DNA from: a virus
Lineage: Duplodnaviria > Caudoviricetes
IMG/VR virus record: IMGVR_UViG_3300037467_000139
Location: 1-25,627 of that record
Length of the DNA: 25,627 nt
Strand: one strand, 5' to 3'
Shown piece by piece: positions 24,788 to 25,627 of this stretch. The translations under genes and the position numbers were made by a program. Below the pieces are notes generated by a model, which saw only the letters and a program-made list of their open reading frames with translations, was not told the origin of the DNA and made no database searches. Position 1 is the first letter of the stretch. Each line of letters begins with the position of its first letter.

Positions 24788-25385
24788 CCCTTGAGTGGAC
24801 ACAGTGATACCCTTAGCGGGTGTAAATCCCACTATGGCTCCTGCGACTTAACCAGGTTCACATTTCAGGGAAAACGGCTTATCAAAGGCCAACGCCATAT
24901 AAGATAGCCGTTTAGGACGTCACTGTGCCCGCTAAAGGATTGGCGGCGGCACATCTATCACGACGAAGGAACAGGGGGATTGATTGTTTGGGGTTGGAGC
25001 CTGCACGACCAACCCCCCTATCCTTTAGCCTTATCCGCCTACGGTGCGGCCTCGGCTGGTTGGCGGTTCTTCACCGCCTGAGACTACTACCTCGACATGC
25101 ACTCCTGCAAGTATCCTTCCCTCTCCAAGACTTCCTTAGCGGGTGCGTCAGGAAGTCGCACTCTTGGAGTTCGTTGAAACTAGGGCGCGGACTTGTGTAG
25201 GCCGGACGAATTACACGAGGGGGCGGTTCGCAATGTGCAAATGAGCACCCGCCATTAAAGGTTCTTTGCTACCACCTGATACGTTGCCTGACGCTACAGT
25301 TGTTTCCCACTTGAGAGTGGCCCAGGAGCGGGAGGGACTTGCACCCTCCTCACTTAGAGGCGGCTTCTTGGCCGAGTGAAGTAGC
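24783..25385 (-). ncRNA. Candidate large structured RNA / 5' leader (~600 nt), family unassigned
   Basis: No convincing ORF. At least nine helices, including a 25-bp imperfect stem (24783-24807/24920-24944) and a T-loop-like GGAGGG-UGCAAGU-CCCUCC hairpin (25331-25349). Confidence 0.55.
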
Positions 25386-25592
25386 CTATTCGACGACGAT
25401 TTTTGCTTTGTCAGCCAGAGCTTTGCGGGTGTGTATCCGCCTGCCTTCTCTCCATGTTTCCTTGTCGTCACGGGACATATGGAGAGGAGCGAATTGCATA
25501 TGACTGTGGTTCATTCGCTTTTCCTGACACCAGGAACAGGGACACTCACGCCAATCCCATTTCTGATGCAGGGCGACCATCCGGTCAAACAA
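25386..25592 (-). CDS. Small hypothetical protein with CxCxxC (start uncertain)
   Basis: Same strand as the early arm; ECPCSWCQ motif. Confidence 0.45.
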   Translation of the reverse strand: MFDRMVALHQKWDWRECPCSWCQEKRMNHSHMQFAPLHMSRDDKETWREGRRIHTRKALADKAKIVVE

Positions 25593-25627
25593 GGCGGGAA
25601 CAAGGAGTTCCTGAACCCGCCTGTTGA

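Noticed and set aside
24644-24832. 62-aa GTG ORF with an AGGAG upstream
   Set aside because: Runs through the long stem and overlaps the better-placed 70-aa ORF out of frame; not excluded as a leader peptide, but unsupported.
25285-25360. Cobalamin riboswitch resemblance (GUGCAAGUC, GCCACU, GGGAA, CAACUGU)
   Set aside because: The fragments are in the wrong order and the AGGGAA before P4 is missing; kept only as part of the unassigned RNA candidate.
25311-25385. Possible tRNA or tmRNA because of the T-loop-like hairpin and a nearby CCA
   Set aside because: No matching acceptor stem, D-arm or anticodon arm, and no CUCCACCA tmRNA end.
24783-25385. Group I or group II intron
   Set aside because: It does not interrupt a gene; no domain V and no correctly ordered P7 elements.

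Overview
A 25.6-kb internal segment of a lytic, podovirus-type dsDNA phage genome. No integrase, tRNA, rRNA or CRISPR was found. Virion and lysis genes (1-5547) lie on the + strand. They converge at a bidirectional intrinsic terminator (~5552-5589) with a long - strand early/middle arm. That arm carries (i) a nucleotide-metabolism block (degenerate MazG-like, DUF5664-like dNTP diphosphohydrolase, two tandem nucleoside-2-deoxyribosyltransferase-fold genes, dCMP deaminase), (ii) nucleases and a short cytosine-MTase-like gene, (iii) a T7-type replisome (SSB, family A polymerase, primase-helicase) with two near-perfect sigma70 promoters, and (iv) a six-gene phiEco32/PaP3-style amide-ligase module (class I GATase, class II GATase, COOH-NH2 ligase, unknown, amidoligase, ATP-grasp). 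The layout resembles Zobellviridae/PaP3-LUZ24-like podoviruses (inference). The strongest unexplained signals are seven exact copies of the 12-bp palindrome GGCAAATTTGCC, a ~600-nt ORF-poor and heavily base-paired region directly upstream of the amide-ligase module, an FtsZ-tail-like IPxFLR peptide in the first enzyme of that module, and correlated substitutions in the polymerase nucleotide pocket. All family assignments come from motif recognition by eye; no database search or folding program was run.
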